A stretch of DNA of 63,286 bases, the filler included, from Folioceros fuciformis (taxonomy: Eukaryota): the NCBI GenBank assembly GCA_049999805.1. It is 13 parts of 13 records of this genome, joined end to end, with 100 filler letters (N's around TTAATTAATTAA, not from the genome) between each part and the next. Parts side by side here need not be neighbours in the genome. Positions count along the whole stretch, not along the records: positions 1 to 5,070 come from JBNGIO010003491.1; positions 5,171 to 8,917 come from JBNGIO010003492.1; positions 9,018 to 10,515 come from JBNGIO010003493.1; positions 10,616 to 17,465 come from JBNGIO010003494.1; 9 more parts are not named here. One strand, given 5' to 3'. Position numbers and translations under genes: made by a program. The notes below the pieces were generated by a model. It worked only from the letters and a program-made list of their open reading frames with translations, was not told the origin of the DNA and ran no database searches. This document shows positions 1 to 11,459 of this stretch, piece by piece (position 1 is the first letter of the stretch; the number at the start of each line of letters is the position of its first letter).

Positions 1-63
1 AGCGCAGCACAGCACAGCACGGCACGGCACGGCACGGCACGGCCCAGCCCGGCCCGGCCCGGC
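1..63 (+). repeat. Pentanucleotide microsatellite drifting from GCACA to GCACG to GCCCG
   Basis: Read directly. Confidence 0.85.
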
Positions 64-1503
64 GCGGGGATGCTCGGGCTCCGCGCACTCCGTGCCTCTG
101 ATGCTGCTGCTGATGCATGCCGTGCCTGCCGCGGTGCCAGCCGGGCTCTGATTCGTTGGGTGCATGGGGAAGATATGTTGGGGGTTTGGAGCTCCACATG
201 TTGCTGATTCTGGGTGGTTGGTTATGTCCGTCGGGGGAGCTGGGCCAGCATGGCTTCGCCTCTCTGATCCCTGCTCACTGCGGTCTCAGGGGAAGAGAGA
301 GTGATGTCGAGCGCGCCCAGACCGCCACCCGGAACCGTTAGGTCGCGCCTCGCACACATGTATCTACCGCGGTTCCAGCACAGCAGGTTGTTGACTCGAT
401 TTGGACAAGCTGGTTCGGCCATTCCTCTTGTTTCTTTCCTCTGCGACGCCAGTGAAGGCGCCCANNNNNNNNNNNNNNNNNNNNNNNNNNNNNNNNNNNN
501 NNNNNNNNNNNNNNNNNNNNNNNNNNNNNNNNNNNNNNNNNNNNNNNNNNNNNNNNNNNNNNNNGCCCAACCCTCTTTCCGGTTGTTGACTGGATCGCGA
601 CAAGTGTGCCTTGCCAATGCGCGGATGCCAGCTCCCTCTCCAACCCCCCAACACGTCCATCTTCCTTCCTTCCCTCCTTTCTTCCTCGCTCCTGCATCAC
701 ACGAATCCCATCGCTCAGATCTCAACCAGGCCAGCAAGGAAGGAAGGAAGGAAGGAAGGCCGGGACGAGGACCGTCACCGTCACCGTCACCGTGACATTG
801 CCCATCACCATGACCGTGACCCTCACCTCCTCACCTCCATGCCTTAACCAGATGAATCTTGCATGCGCCCCAGGCCGGCCAGGTGGACTACCCATCATCG
901 CTCGCTCGCCTGTCATCGATCAACCCACTGCCAACATTTGTGAAGCCCCGCTCACCGGCTTACCCGCTCACCCGCACCGCGCTGCTTCTTCTCCCAACCC
1001 CACCAATGGAATCAACCAGACAAGCAACCGCCCGAAAACCCTTCCTTCCTTCGCTTTGTTCCCTAACTCCCCACATTCCCTTCCCTGCCCTGCCCTTCCG
1101 TAACTGTCCCGCTGTCTCCACCCTCCTCAACCTCAGGTTATGTTGTGAACTTCTACACACGTCTACACACTTACGTACAAGCACACTCCTCTCTCCATGC
1201 CCACACAAACTCACTCATTCCAATGGAGTGAAGTGAAGTGAAGGAAAGTGAATCAATCAATCAATCATCCAGCTACCAAAAAGAGAACCAACCCATCTCA
1301 CCCAGGACGACATACTCCTTGTCTGTCAAGTGGTGTCCATCCATGCATTCCTCAAAACCGTTGCAAATATTTGACTTCTCAAGTTTATCTTAATCAAGAT
1401 AACAAGAGGTGAAAAAGCTACTTTAAACTATGTTATTTAACTTATCTTTAAGAGTAATATATTCATACACATGCACCAATACGAATACAAGTAAAGTAAA
1501 CTC

Positions 1504-1612
1504 GAGAAGGATTCCAAGTCCCATCTCCATATGACAACAACGTTACAAGGAGAAGGATTCCAAGTCCCATCTCGATGTGACAACAACGTTACATGGAGAA
1601 GGATTCCAAGTC
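1504..1612 (+). repeat. Tandem repeat, 46-bp unit, about 2.4 copies
   Basis: GAGAAGGATTCCAAGTCC recurs three times at 46-bp spacing. Confidence 0.85.
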
Positions 1613-4028
1613 CGCTTCAGAATCTTGCCTAACATGACATTGGAATTATTGGAATCAAAACACTATAAGTTGAGGTAATCCCAACTCCCAACATCATTTT
1701 TGCACACAACTCTGTCAAATTAACACAAACGTGTGGACTCCACGTGTGACAGTTGGAGAGGGACCACATGTTTCAGCATCTTGTTTGATAACAAAATGGC
1801 CATACTTACACTTCCCTAGGATATGTGGAATATGGAATATGGAATCGACATTAAAGAGTGGTGAAGAGAGCTTGTGTCACAGCCATTTGTCTCTTGGTGC
1901 AAGCAAACAAGACAAAATAATCTAAACCAATAGGATGGGCTCCAAGAAATAATCCCACAACTATTTGTCATCCACCTTGCACTTAGCTGTCGTGCTCACA
2001 TCACACTCAAGGTCACTCCTGATGTGAGACAGGAATAACTTTGGCCACACTTAAGAATGGGTGGTGATTAGAGCGCCGTAACTCCTGAAAACCATGACCC
2101 ATCTTACCTCAACAACACCCAAGCATCAATACATCTAAGTCTGCTTCAAGTTACCTAAAACCAGGGATCCCTTTTCGGCTTGGCTTGCACATAACGTGTT
2201 TTACCGCATGCTTACATCTGCATGTGGTACCATTGCATGGTACCGTGAGTCTTATGTGCTACATGTAGAGACAAATACCAAGAAGCAACAGCAGTAGATA
2301 TTGTCGTATACCATTTCTTGGAAAGAATCTTCAAAAGGTATCAGATCTATTGCTCCCATAGAATCAAATGGATGAATGAATTAAATAATAATGACTGGAA
2401 ATAAGAGATTCTTTTCCTTTTTCTGGAATCCTATTCAATATACCATGAGATGCAACAAGCCAAAATCATGAGTCTCTATTGCTTCGAGATTCAATTTGTG
2501 AGGTATGAGAAACACCCTCTTCTGATGGTTGGCAAAAGGAGACATCTTTTAAGCTCTAAAACAACATGACTTGGAACTACATATTGTCATGAAACAATTA
2601 CCTACTTGTTGTTCAAAAATGAGATGTATGTTCCCATGCATTGTTTGTTTCAAACCCACTGGAGTGACGAAATGTGAGCATTGACAAGTTGTGATGAAAT
2701 GTGAGCATTGACAAGTTGTGATTATGTCGTTGTGATTGTGTGAATACTTTATTATGAAGGAAGAGATTAGAAGAACTTGTCTTGCTACATTGTTGTGTTT
2801 ATGATATTATGATTTGAAAGGTGTTATATGAGGATGGATTTAAATTATGAAATTTTATACCAGAAAAATATATAATATAATATTAATATAAAGTTTCTCT
2901 ATCCATTAATAAAGTCCTTTCAAAGTCAATGCTGAGGATGGAGAATAAAGAACGATAAAGCAAAGCATGGCTTTTCTTGCTTTTCTATCCATCCACTTGT
3001 GTTCAAAAGCACATCAAAGTGTGAACGAGTTGACAGTTGTTGTTGAAGTTTCTCCGTATCCTATGCAATACTCTACACCTAGTGGCAGGAGTGGACAAAA
3101 AGGGCGTCTTCACATAAAGTGGTGAGAAGGAGGAGCGTGCATGAGGAACCCGATCTGGTCAAGAATCGGAGCAGTTTGAAAAAAACACACACGCACATCA
3201 CCCCATTCGAGGAGGGACGGATTGTCGTAAAATGGGGGAACTGAAAGTCAAAAAGAAATTCCTTGGCCTTGGGGTTGAGCACAAGCCAAGGAAAGCCAAG
3301 CGATTGCTTAGAGCGCACAATAGGTAGCGGAGAACACCATGCGAGCATGGGGTGGATATGCCCATGGAGATGTGGGAGACGATAAAATGCCATTGGGTGA
3401 TTCAAAGGTTTGACACGAGATGGCGGGATGTTGGAGGATGCGAAAGTGGGAGGACAAAGATCGGGGCGGAGCGGGCCTTGGCATTGGAGGCTGGAGTGAG
3501 TCCCCGAATCAGGAACGAGCACCACATGGTGTTGGTGTGATTGTCAGTAGTGGGAGTGGCTGGGGGGCCGGGCACTGGGCTCTGGACACTGCCTCTGGAC
3601 TCTGGGCACTGGCAGCCAGTTGGATTGCACTGTCCTGTCCAGTAGCAGTCCCATTTGTTGGCCAGCGCCTGCGACTCCACAGTGCAATGCAATGCAATGT
3701 AGGGCAGCGCAGTGCCGTGGTGTGGACAGTGGGCAGAGAGTGGTGCGACAGCGCCTCCCAATAGCATGGCGCCTGGGCCCATGTTAGGAAAATGGCTCTG
3801 GCCCTGGCTCTGCACTGTCTGCCTTGCACTGCACTGCCGCGTCTGCTTCGCCTCGCCAAGCGGCCACCGTAGATTCCAAGGCCACTTGCGGGCTCTCTTT
3901 GCGGCTAACTTGGCCGTTTGTGGGCAGAATAAGCGGTGGTAGCCTCTTCCTGGGAAAGGGCGAGGTGGGGGAAAAAAAAAAAAAAAGTGGAGGCGAGGCG
4001 AGCCATGCAGCGCCAGCCTAGGGCATTT

Positions 4029-4086
4029 CTCGGCTCGGCTCGGCTCGGCTCGTCTCGTCTCGTCTCGTCTCGTCTCGTCTCGTCTC
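4029..4086 (+). repeat. Compound (CTCGG)n/(CTCGT)n microsatellite
   Basis: Read directly. It explains the spurious RRDET/LVSSR ORFs. Confidence 0.9.
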
Positions 4087-5070
4087 AACTCGGCTCTGCG
4101 TGGGCTCTGGCTCGGCTGGGCATAGGAATCCATGGGATGCAGTTTCCGATACTCTCCGAGAATGTATGGAATTGGGTTGCAGAATCTGCGATGTTTGCTT
4201 GTGATTCTGCTGTTGCTGCCTCTGCACCTGCCCCTGCCCCTGCCTCACAGCCTCCTGCTCCTGCCATTGGTGGTTATAACTTAATGCCGAATCTCTCTCA
4301 TAACGGCAACAAACAAAGGACGGCCGTTTTGGCCTTGCTCCAGCAAGGAGAATGGACACGCCGTAACTTCCTTACTTGGCTTGAGCACCCAAGGGCACCA
4401 AGGGCCCCCGAAACCCTCGGAGACTGTCCTGTCGAAGTGGCCATGTGCCCTGGGAGGCTGCGAGGGCTGGGAGGCCCGAGGCGGGGAGCCGGGCCAGGCC
4501 GCCACGGTTTTGTTTTACTCTTTGACTCCTTGCTGTCCGGTATGGCTAGAGCGGTGTCCCCATGGCTCCTGGGGAGCCCAGGGACCTCATGGTGAAGATG
4601 CTTCTAGTGTATTGTATGTGCGTTTGTAGAAGCAAAAGGCGCCCAGCCGCTGTTGCTTGCTGTTGGGATACAGTGAGATTACCTCCCCGCCTGGCTCCTG
4701 GCTCTTGGCTCCTGGCTCCTGCCCGACGGCTGAGCCGCTTCTGCTAGGTGGGTGGTGGCCAGGTTCGTAATCATAGGGCATATTCCATTTCTTGTTCCCA
4801 TTTCCTAGGACGTGTTAGGGGACAAAGTGCAAATTCATGGGCATGGCATGGGCATTAGCACGCACCATCCTGCTTTCGTACTTACCTATGGAATACACCA
4901 GGTGGCCTTGTGCACGGAATGCGGCAGCCAGGCCACAGGCAGGGCCCAGCTACCAGCCTGCCTGCGAAACCAAGGCTAAGGCCACAACTGGGCACAGCAC
5001 GCTCTCCACATTTGGCTGACTCTACTGTGCAAAGGCTGTGTCACCTGTATGTACTGGTAAGCATGGAAAG

Positions 5071-5170
5071 NNNNNNNNNNNNNNNNNNNNNNNNNNNNNN
5101 NNNNNNNNNNNNNNTTAATTAATTAANNNNNNNNNNNNNNNNNNNNNNNNNNNNNNNNNNNNNNNNNNNN
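5071..5170. other. Artificial scaffold-joining linker N44-TTAATTAATTAA-N44. The 12-mer is at 5115 here and recurs at 8962, 10560, 17510, 24105, 30101, 39736, 48398, 52739, 54689, 56069 and 60899.
   Basis: An identical 12-mer giving stops in all six frames is embedded in Ns 12 times, always in a 100-bp block. Confidence 0.97.
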
Positions 5171-5287
5171 CCTGCAGTGTGTTGCCGGCTGTGCAACGTC
5201 TGGTAGGATCGCAAGCCACGTGTTGCCGGCTGTACAGTGTCTAGTAGGATCGCAAGCTGCGTGTTGCCAGCTGTACAGTGTCTGGTA
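5171..5287 (+). repeat. Fragment of LTR family 1 containing ~41-bp tandem subrepeats
   Basis: Near-identical to 10922-11040 (GTGTTGCCGGCTGTACAGTGTCTGGTAGGATCGCA units). Confidence 0.8.
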
Positions 5288-6281
5288 ATGTGGTGGGGCC
5301 TACGTGCTTCGAAAGCCGTGCCTCGTAACTTTGTCCGGAGGTTTAGCATGAGCCAGTTTCTATAGCACGGATGTCACATTATAAAGGTCGCCAAGCTACA
5401 CAGCATGCTGTTGCCCGAAAATGTATTCTTTGCGGCAACGAAAAGCCGCAAATGGTACACCTGTCAGCCATAAAGCTACAATCGTGCAAACCAACATGAG
5501 GATCGAGCTGGAGGAATTTGGAAACTTCATAGGAATAATGAGATGGCCCGAGAAAGAGTCCATGCGAGGCTAGCCCTGCGAAAAAAAAAAGTCCACAACC
5601 ACGTGGAGTGTCCTACTTGTTAGGCTTGGCATCATGGCTTGTAATGTCAGATAACACTACCAGCTCTCCTTCAAACCAATAGCTTATTCTCCTCCGCGAA
5701 CGCGGCGAATGAAGACGCGCTNNNNNNNNNNNNNNNNNNNNNNNNNNNNNNNNNNNNNNNNNNNNNNNNNNNNNNNNNNNNNNNNNNNNNNNNNNNNNNN
5801 NNNNNNNNNNNNNNNNNNNNNACCATGGGGTCTGTCCACAAACACCGCCTCGTTTCATTACTCCTCCTAGTGTTTCGTGTCAACTCGTTGCCAGGTCGTC
5901 TGAAAAGCAAGAAGCTGGAATCTGTGGCAGGAATCTGTGGGCAACTAAAAAATGTTTATGACTTATTACTGTAGTCACCTATCGCATGCCTAAGGGGATA
6001 ATATCTCACTCTAACTATTTGAATCGTTTCTCCTGGGTATCTTAGTGAATATTTTCTTTCGATGTCTAATTTTTTCAATTCCCCTCCAAACCTACCAAAC
6101 TGGTCTTTCTACCAAAGGGGACCCAGACAAAACACTACACACCTACTGATTTCAAGGTTTAGGGGCTTGCCTCGTAGGCCCATTTCACAAGCCTGGTATA
6201 AATCCTGACACGCCTCATGTAATTGGAGGGTCGATTTGTACCCGATTCACAAGGACTAAATAACCCATACCCTAGCTCTTA

Positions 6282-7205
6282 GGCCCGTTTCACAAGCCTA
6301 GTACATTTTTAGCGCATGTCAGTGACATGTGGCGGGGGTAGCGCCACGGTGGGCAAAGTATACCACCCTTGGCATGGCCACGGTGGGGGGTTTTCCTCGT
6401 TCCTTGTTTCACAAGACCAGTATATTTTTTCACATGTGATCCCACGCTCTTTCACATGGACCCACCATTTTACTCATAGAGGTGTATATAAGGCTCTACC
6501 TTATGCGGGCCAAGGCGTTTCATTTGCTTCTTTTTCTCATAGGTGTGCAGCTTGGAGCTTGGAGGACTTTGAGTGCAGGGCTTCACTTAGGGTTTATCAT
6601 GGATCCCCATGAATAGAACTTGTGGTGTGTTTTTTTGATGGGCATCATGTTGTATATGGCGTTAGAAGCTACTCCACATTCTTTGCTTTTGAATTTACAA
6701 GCTAGTATTTCTACTACCGTTCATATGTTGCAATACAATGAGGCAGGCACTAGCAGGGGTTCACATGCACATAGGTGTAGTCGGCGTCATTGGGTCATTC
6801 AACGTTCTCAAACGTTCATCCACAGCAGCCTTATGGGGACATACATTGCAGAGTTATTCAAGAACAGGATGCGTACAAGTAGACCTAACTTTGCCTTCAT
6901 TTGTACGAAGTTGGCACCTATACTTCAAAAACAAGATAGAATTACTAGAGATGCAGTCCCAGTGGATGCTCGAGCATCCATTAGTTTAATGTGCTTGGCT
7001 GGTGGGGATAGGTTGTCCACTATTGCTGACCTATATGGGTATGGTACATCTACTGTTCAAGGTATTGTATTACAATTTTGCAATGCTCTTAGGGCTATCT
7101 TGCATGATGTGTATATCCAATGGCAGTCTAGAAGTAAGATGGAGATATATGCAACTGAGTTTGAGGCATTGAGAGGAATTCCTTATGTTATAGGACCAGT
7201 AGATA
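6282..7205 (+). mobile_element. PIF/Harbinger element, 5' part, with a DDE transposase fragment truncated by an LTR insertion
   Basis: ORF 6620-7228 has HARBI1-type motifs (FKNRMRTSRPNF, LAGGDRLSTIADLYGYGTSTV, GIPYVIGPVD) and breaks right after the first catalytic Asp. The putative terminus GGCCCGTTT at 6282 is preceded by TTA. Confidence 0.8.
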
Positions 7206-8917
7206 TGTGGACTCCACATGCTGAATAGGTCCTTGGAAAATGGTAGGATTTCTCTTTTTGGGAATCTCAAAGTGAACCCTGTAGTGAAATGGTTAAAAGA
7301 TTAGGTTAAATTAGTAGCTAGATTAATGGTGAGGTGAGACGTATCTTTGAAGGGTTGCTAGAATAATCTGAGAGAAGGGATGGAATGATTTGAGAGGAGG
7401 GAGAGGGTTGAGAGGCACTGACCATTTTGGTAGTCTTGAGAGGTTGGTAAATTTTTGTAAGGGCACCCAGTGGTGTCCATGGGACACAACCCCTATTAGG
7501 TCAGAACTAGGTTTGGGTCAAAGTTAGGGTTAGGTCAGAGTTAGGTTTAGGTCAGAATTAGGGGCGCCTTAGGTCAGAGAGAGATTGCTGGGTGGTTGAC
7601 TGAGGCTAACCCTAATAGATAGAGATGGAGGTTTGGGCCAAGGTAGTATAAGAGGCTAGACCTGCCATTGAGGAGGGGGCTGTCTACGGTGTGATTTCCT
7701 TGGACCTTGGGTGCAGAACTCCTGGGTTAGGGCGCTGAGCTGGTTGAGACTAAACCAAGGTCTTGATTTCCCTTGCCACTAGGGGAACGTGGAGGATCCC
7801 AAGACTGCCAAGATTCGTGTGACCGGATCCACAATGGCTGACCACCTTGCATGTTGGTTGAGGTGAGGTTGCAGGGCCGTGAGCCTAGGAGGCTACCCAG
7901 CCCTAGGCCTCACCTCTGCCTTGAAGGGAAGGCTGTAAGAGGGAAGGCTGTTGTGTTCCAAATTGCAGGAGAGAAGGGTCAACTTGAATTGCAGATTTTG
8001 GAAGTGGAAGCGTTGAAGTGAGGAGTTGAGCTAAAGTGAGGGGCTGGAGGGTGAAGTGAAGTCCTGAAGTCAAGGACTGAAGTGCTGAAGTGGTGGAATG
8101 AAGTGTTGAAGCTAGAGTGAGGGGCTAGCTGAAGTTGAGGTTCTCGTTCAGCTGCGGAGATAGCTAGCACTAGGTGCTAAGAGTTGGAGGCCAGACTTGG
8201 GGCTGGAGCCTCCTCTCAGCACTGAAGTGATTGATACTTGGAGTTGGAAACGAGGGCTGAAGACAATGCTGGAGTTCTCATTTTGTTGAGGCTAGGGTTG
8301 GTGTTGTGGTAGGAGCCGAAGACAGGACCGAGAATTCAGACCTATTGCTGTAGCACTTAGTATATGCTGATAGATAGGGTGAGATTAGGGAGATGTAGGT
8401 AACCTTGACATTAGTTCACTCCCTTGGGAGCGAATCATAAGACTGCAACGATAATAAGGGGAAGTGTGGCCCCTTGGTGGTTCTTGGGTGTGCAAGAAAT
8501 CACTCCACATTTTGGAGCCGCTGCCGAGGAGTGACATTGCTGTCAAGGTTTGGAGAGGTCTGACCTAGATAGGGGACTGTACAAGGGAATGTGCAGGGTT
8601 GATGGATGCCCCGCATACGAGCTGAAGATTTCAACTCTAGCTTTGAAGGGGGAGCTCAAGCTCAAGTAAGGAGGCAGCAGCAAGTACTGGAGCGTGAGCA
8701 AAGAGCAGTGGAGAGGGAGCTAAGGAGGGCACAGCCAGGGCATACACTAGAGAGGAGGAGGAGAGGGGCAAGCAATCAGCAGATCTTGGGAGAATCAATC
8801 ACGTTGGAACAAGACCCTCAACTTTCAGCTATTGGGGGAAGGCCTAATCCAGGGCAACCTAATCCAAGTATGCTCCTTGGTCTTCATCCTAGACTGGTGC
8901 AGGTGATTAGGAGTGCA
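7206..8917 (+). mobile_element. LTR retrotransposon family 3 (Gypsy-like): 5' LTR 7206-8509, tRNA-Asp-type PBS 8513-8530, start of gag at 8606
   Basis: Termini are TGTGGACT...ACTCCACA. The PBS TGGAGCCGCTGCCGAGGA resembles TGGCGCCGTTGCCGGGGA. Homologous copies lie at ~56700-57737 (+) and 57740-59420 (-). Confidence 0.85.
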
Positions 8918-9017
8918 NNNNNNNNNNNNNNNNNNNNNNNNNNNNNNNNNNNNNNNNNNNNTTAATTAATTAANNNNNNNNNNNNNNNNNNNNNNNNNNN
9001 NNNNNNNNNNNNNNNNN

Positions 9018-10465
9018 CACTTGCCTGGTTTTCGCACATGGGCACAACCCACGACAATACTCAACCACCACAACTTTTGAGACGGTTTCTCACAGCGTCT
9101 CTTACCACCAACTCGGCAACATCCACATACACATGCATACAGACTCTTCATCACCCTCTTCACACATTCATCGCCATCCTGACTCTTCCACACAATACTC
9201 ACAAAACTTCCACTCACGATCAACAGGTTAGAAGGTAAGGGAAGGGCAGAAGCTCCCTCCACCCCGCAATCAGCTGGTTCGCCTTCCTCTTGCCGACACC
9301 ACAGTCTCGATTCTTCTCATTCCAACTCACATGCTCGTTTTTCCTTCTATCTCCTTCCCACCCACTCAGTCCTCAGCCTCTCATTCTTCCCGTCACCAGT
9401 CCCGAGTGCAACCCACAGTCAGGAAATAAGGGAGGGATAGGATTTCCCTCCTCTCCGTGATCGGCGGATTTGTCTCCTTCCCGTGACTTCCACCCACAGA
9501 CCGTCTCCACTCGACTTCCTTCTCAGCTCACTTCCTCTCAACGCTCCTTTTCTCAACTCTCCTCCTCTCCATGCTCCTCTTCTCAACTCTCGTCCCCTCT
9601 TAGTAGTTAAAGCGTGATCAAGGAGTCAGGGAATAAGGGAAGCGAATGCCACTTCCACTCCACCGTTGGTGGATTCGTCCCCTCTCGCCCTCACCGCGAC
9701 ACACAACGAGATGGTGGATAGCAGGGAAGTCATCTTCCACTTGGCAAGGGTTCTCCTCTCGATTTGTCCCTAGAGCCTTCTTGTTGTGGAGCAACAAAAC
9801 CTCCACACCACCACCCATGAACACTGCGCGCACTCGCCTGCCCAGACCTCCCTATCTGACAATGGTCGCCACCAAGCTTCCTCAAGTTTGGAATGTCGAT
9901 TTTTTGCTACATTGTGAGGCGCCAATAGGCCTCTTGTACACATTAGTGGAGGGTCCGTAGCTGCCATTAAGTCTGGTCCACGGACAGGGGGCGCTCTTAA
10001 TTACGAGCGGCATTAGGTCCAAGAAAAAGCATCTCCTAAAGATTCTAAAGAAGTCTATTCTAGGATGCATTTACTCTCGCCTCTCTCATCGCCGCGTTCG
10101 CCTCTTGCCCGGCCATTGTGCTCCTCCTCTCACTCCCCAACCTCTGGCTCTCCTCCCTCGCCATTGGTTGGGCAAATCATCCCAGAGGATTTCTACCTCA
10201 CTACTGCTGCTGGACGCTTTCGTTGGCGGTGCAGGTGGGTCCCNNNNNNNNNNNNNNNNNNNNNNNNNNNNNNNNNNNNNNNNNNNNNNNNNNNNNNNNN
10301 NNNNNNNNNNNNNNNNNNNNNNNNNNNNNNNNNNNNNNNNNNNCCCGTCACGGGGAACTCCTTCTCTCCTCCCGTCGCCTATCACTGAGGACTAACACTA
10401 GCTCCCGTTCAACCCACGCCTATGCCTCCTCGTCCATCAGCTCCACCAAGACTACCTTTGAGTAG
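9018..10465 (-). mobile_element. Family 2 retroelement segment, non-coding
   Basis: Colinear similarity to 48718-49965, which continues into the reverse complement of 17121-17400. Confidence 0.75.
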
Positions 10466-10615
10466 TAAGGAGTGTTAAATAATACGATATATATTATGTA
10501 ACATTAGGTTATACCNNNNNNNNNNNNNNNNNNNNNNNNNNNNNNNNNNNNNNNNNNNNTTAATTAATTAANNNNNNNNNNNNNNNNNNNNNNNNNNNNN
10601 NNNNNNNNNNNNNNN

Positions 10616-11459
10616 GAAGTCTCAGGATAGTCTAAGAGGTGGTAGATCCTTGTGGTGGTAGGGCCAGGATCTCATTGGTGGCAGGATGTGCTAGAAGTCC
10701 AAATAAGTGGCTGGAGATAGCTGGCTAGGCTACTGGTTCTATTAAAATAATATTTCTCAAGTTAGAGAGAGGTGAAGTCATAGAGAGAGAGGCTCCTTTA
10801 AGATCAGGTGAGCCTGTAGGAGGAGGGAGTCATTCACTTTGGGAGTTAGTATGTCACCTCGTGAGCTCTTGGAGGTCCTCTCTTCACGAGCTCTTGTGGT
10901 TCGTCCCTGCTTGGTTTAGGACCTGCAGTGTGTTGCCAGCTGTGCAACGTCTGGTAGGATCGCAAGCCGCGTGTTGCCGGCTGTACAGTGTCTGGTAGGA
11001 TCGCAGGCAGCGTGTTGCCGGCTGTACAGTGTCTGGTAGGATCACAAGTTGTAATGACTAGGGTGAAGGGGCTTGCCCCTAGCTCTTGATTGTAAAGGAT
11101 GTGTCTTTCTCTCAACCTGTCCACTCTTGTTCCCTGTTTGGACAAGTGCTGTAGGCCGGCCATGTTTCATGGCGTCTGGTAAGGTTGTGGGGAGGAGATA
11201 CCCGAGAGGGGAGTGTGTTCCCTTCTTTCTTCTCTTTGGGGTTAGTCTAGTGACTCTTGCCGGGTAGGAGTCAGTAGGGNNNNNNNNNNNNNNNNNNNNN
11301 NNNNNNNNNNNNNNNNNNNNNNNNNNNNNNNNNNNNNNNNNNNNNNNNNNNNNNNNNNNNNNNNNNNNNNNNNNNNNNNATGTCTCAACGACAGTGGGAT
11401 AAGTGTGGCCACTAAAGGTGGAACCCATTGGCAATCAGTGCCCGGGGTTTGCCTCCACA
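10616..11459 (+). mobile_element. LTR family 1, middle and 3' part, abutting a Copia gag
   Basis: 11081-11459 matches 61719-62323 and ends ...GCCTCCACA. Copia sequence follows directly. Confidence 0.85.

Noticed and set aside
1732-1743. TGTGGACTCCAC identical to the family 3 LTR start
   Set aside because: Only 12 bp match and the downstream sequence does not continue the similarity.
2270-2570. ~100-codon + strand frame with one stop (KYQEATAVDIVVYHFLERIF...)
   Set aside because: No recognisable motif, and it could arise by chance.
117-5070. Many overlapping ORFs in the GC-rich and microsatellite region
   Set aside because: Low-complexity frames with no recognisable domain.
5115-5126. Recurrent TTAATTAATTAA palindrome
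   Set aside because: Always centred in N runs, so it is an assembly linker and not biological.
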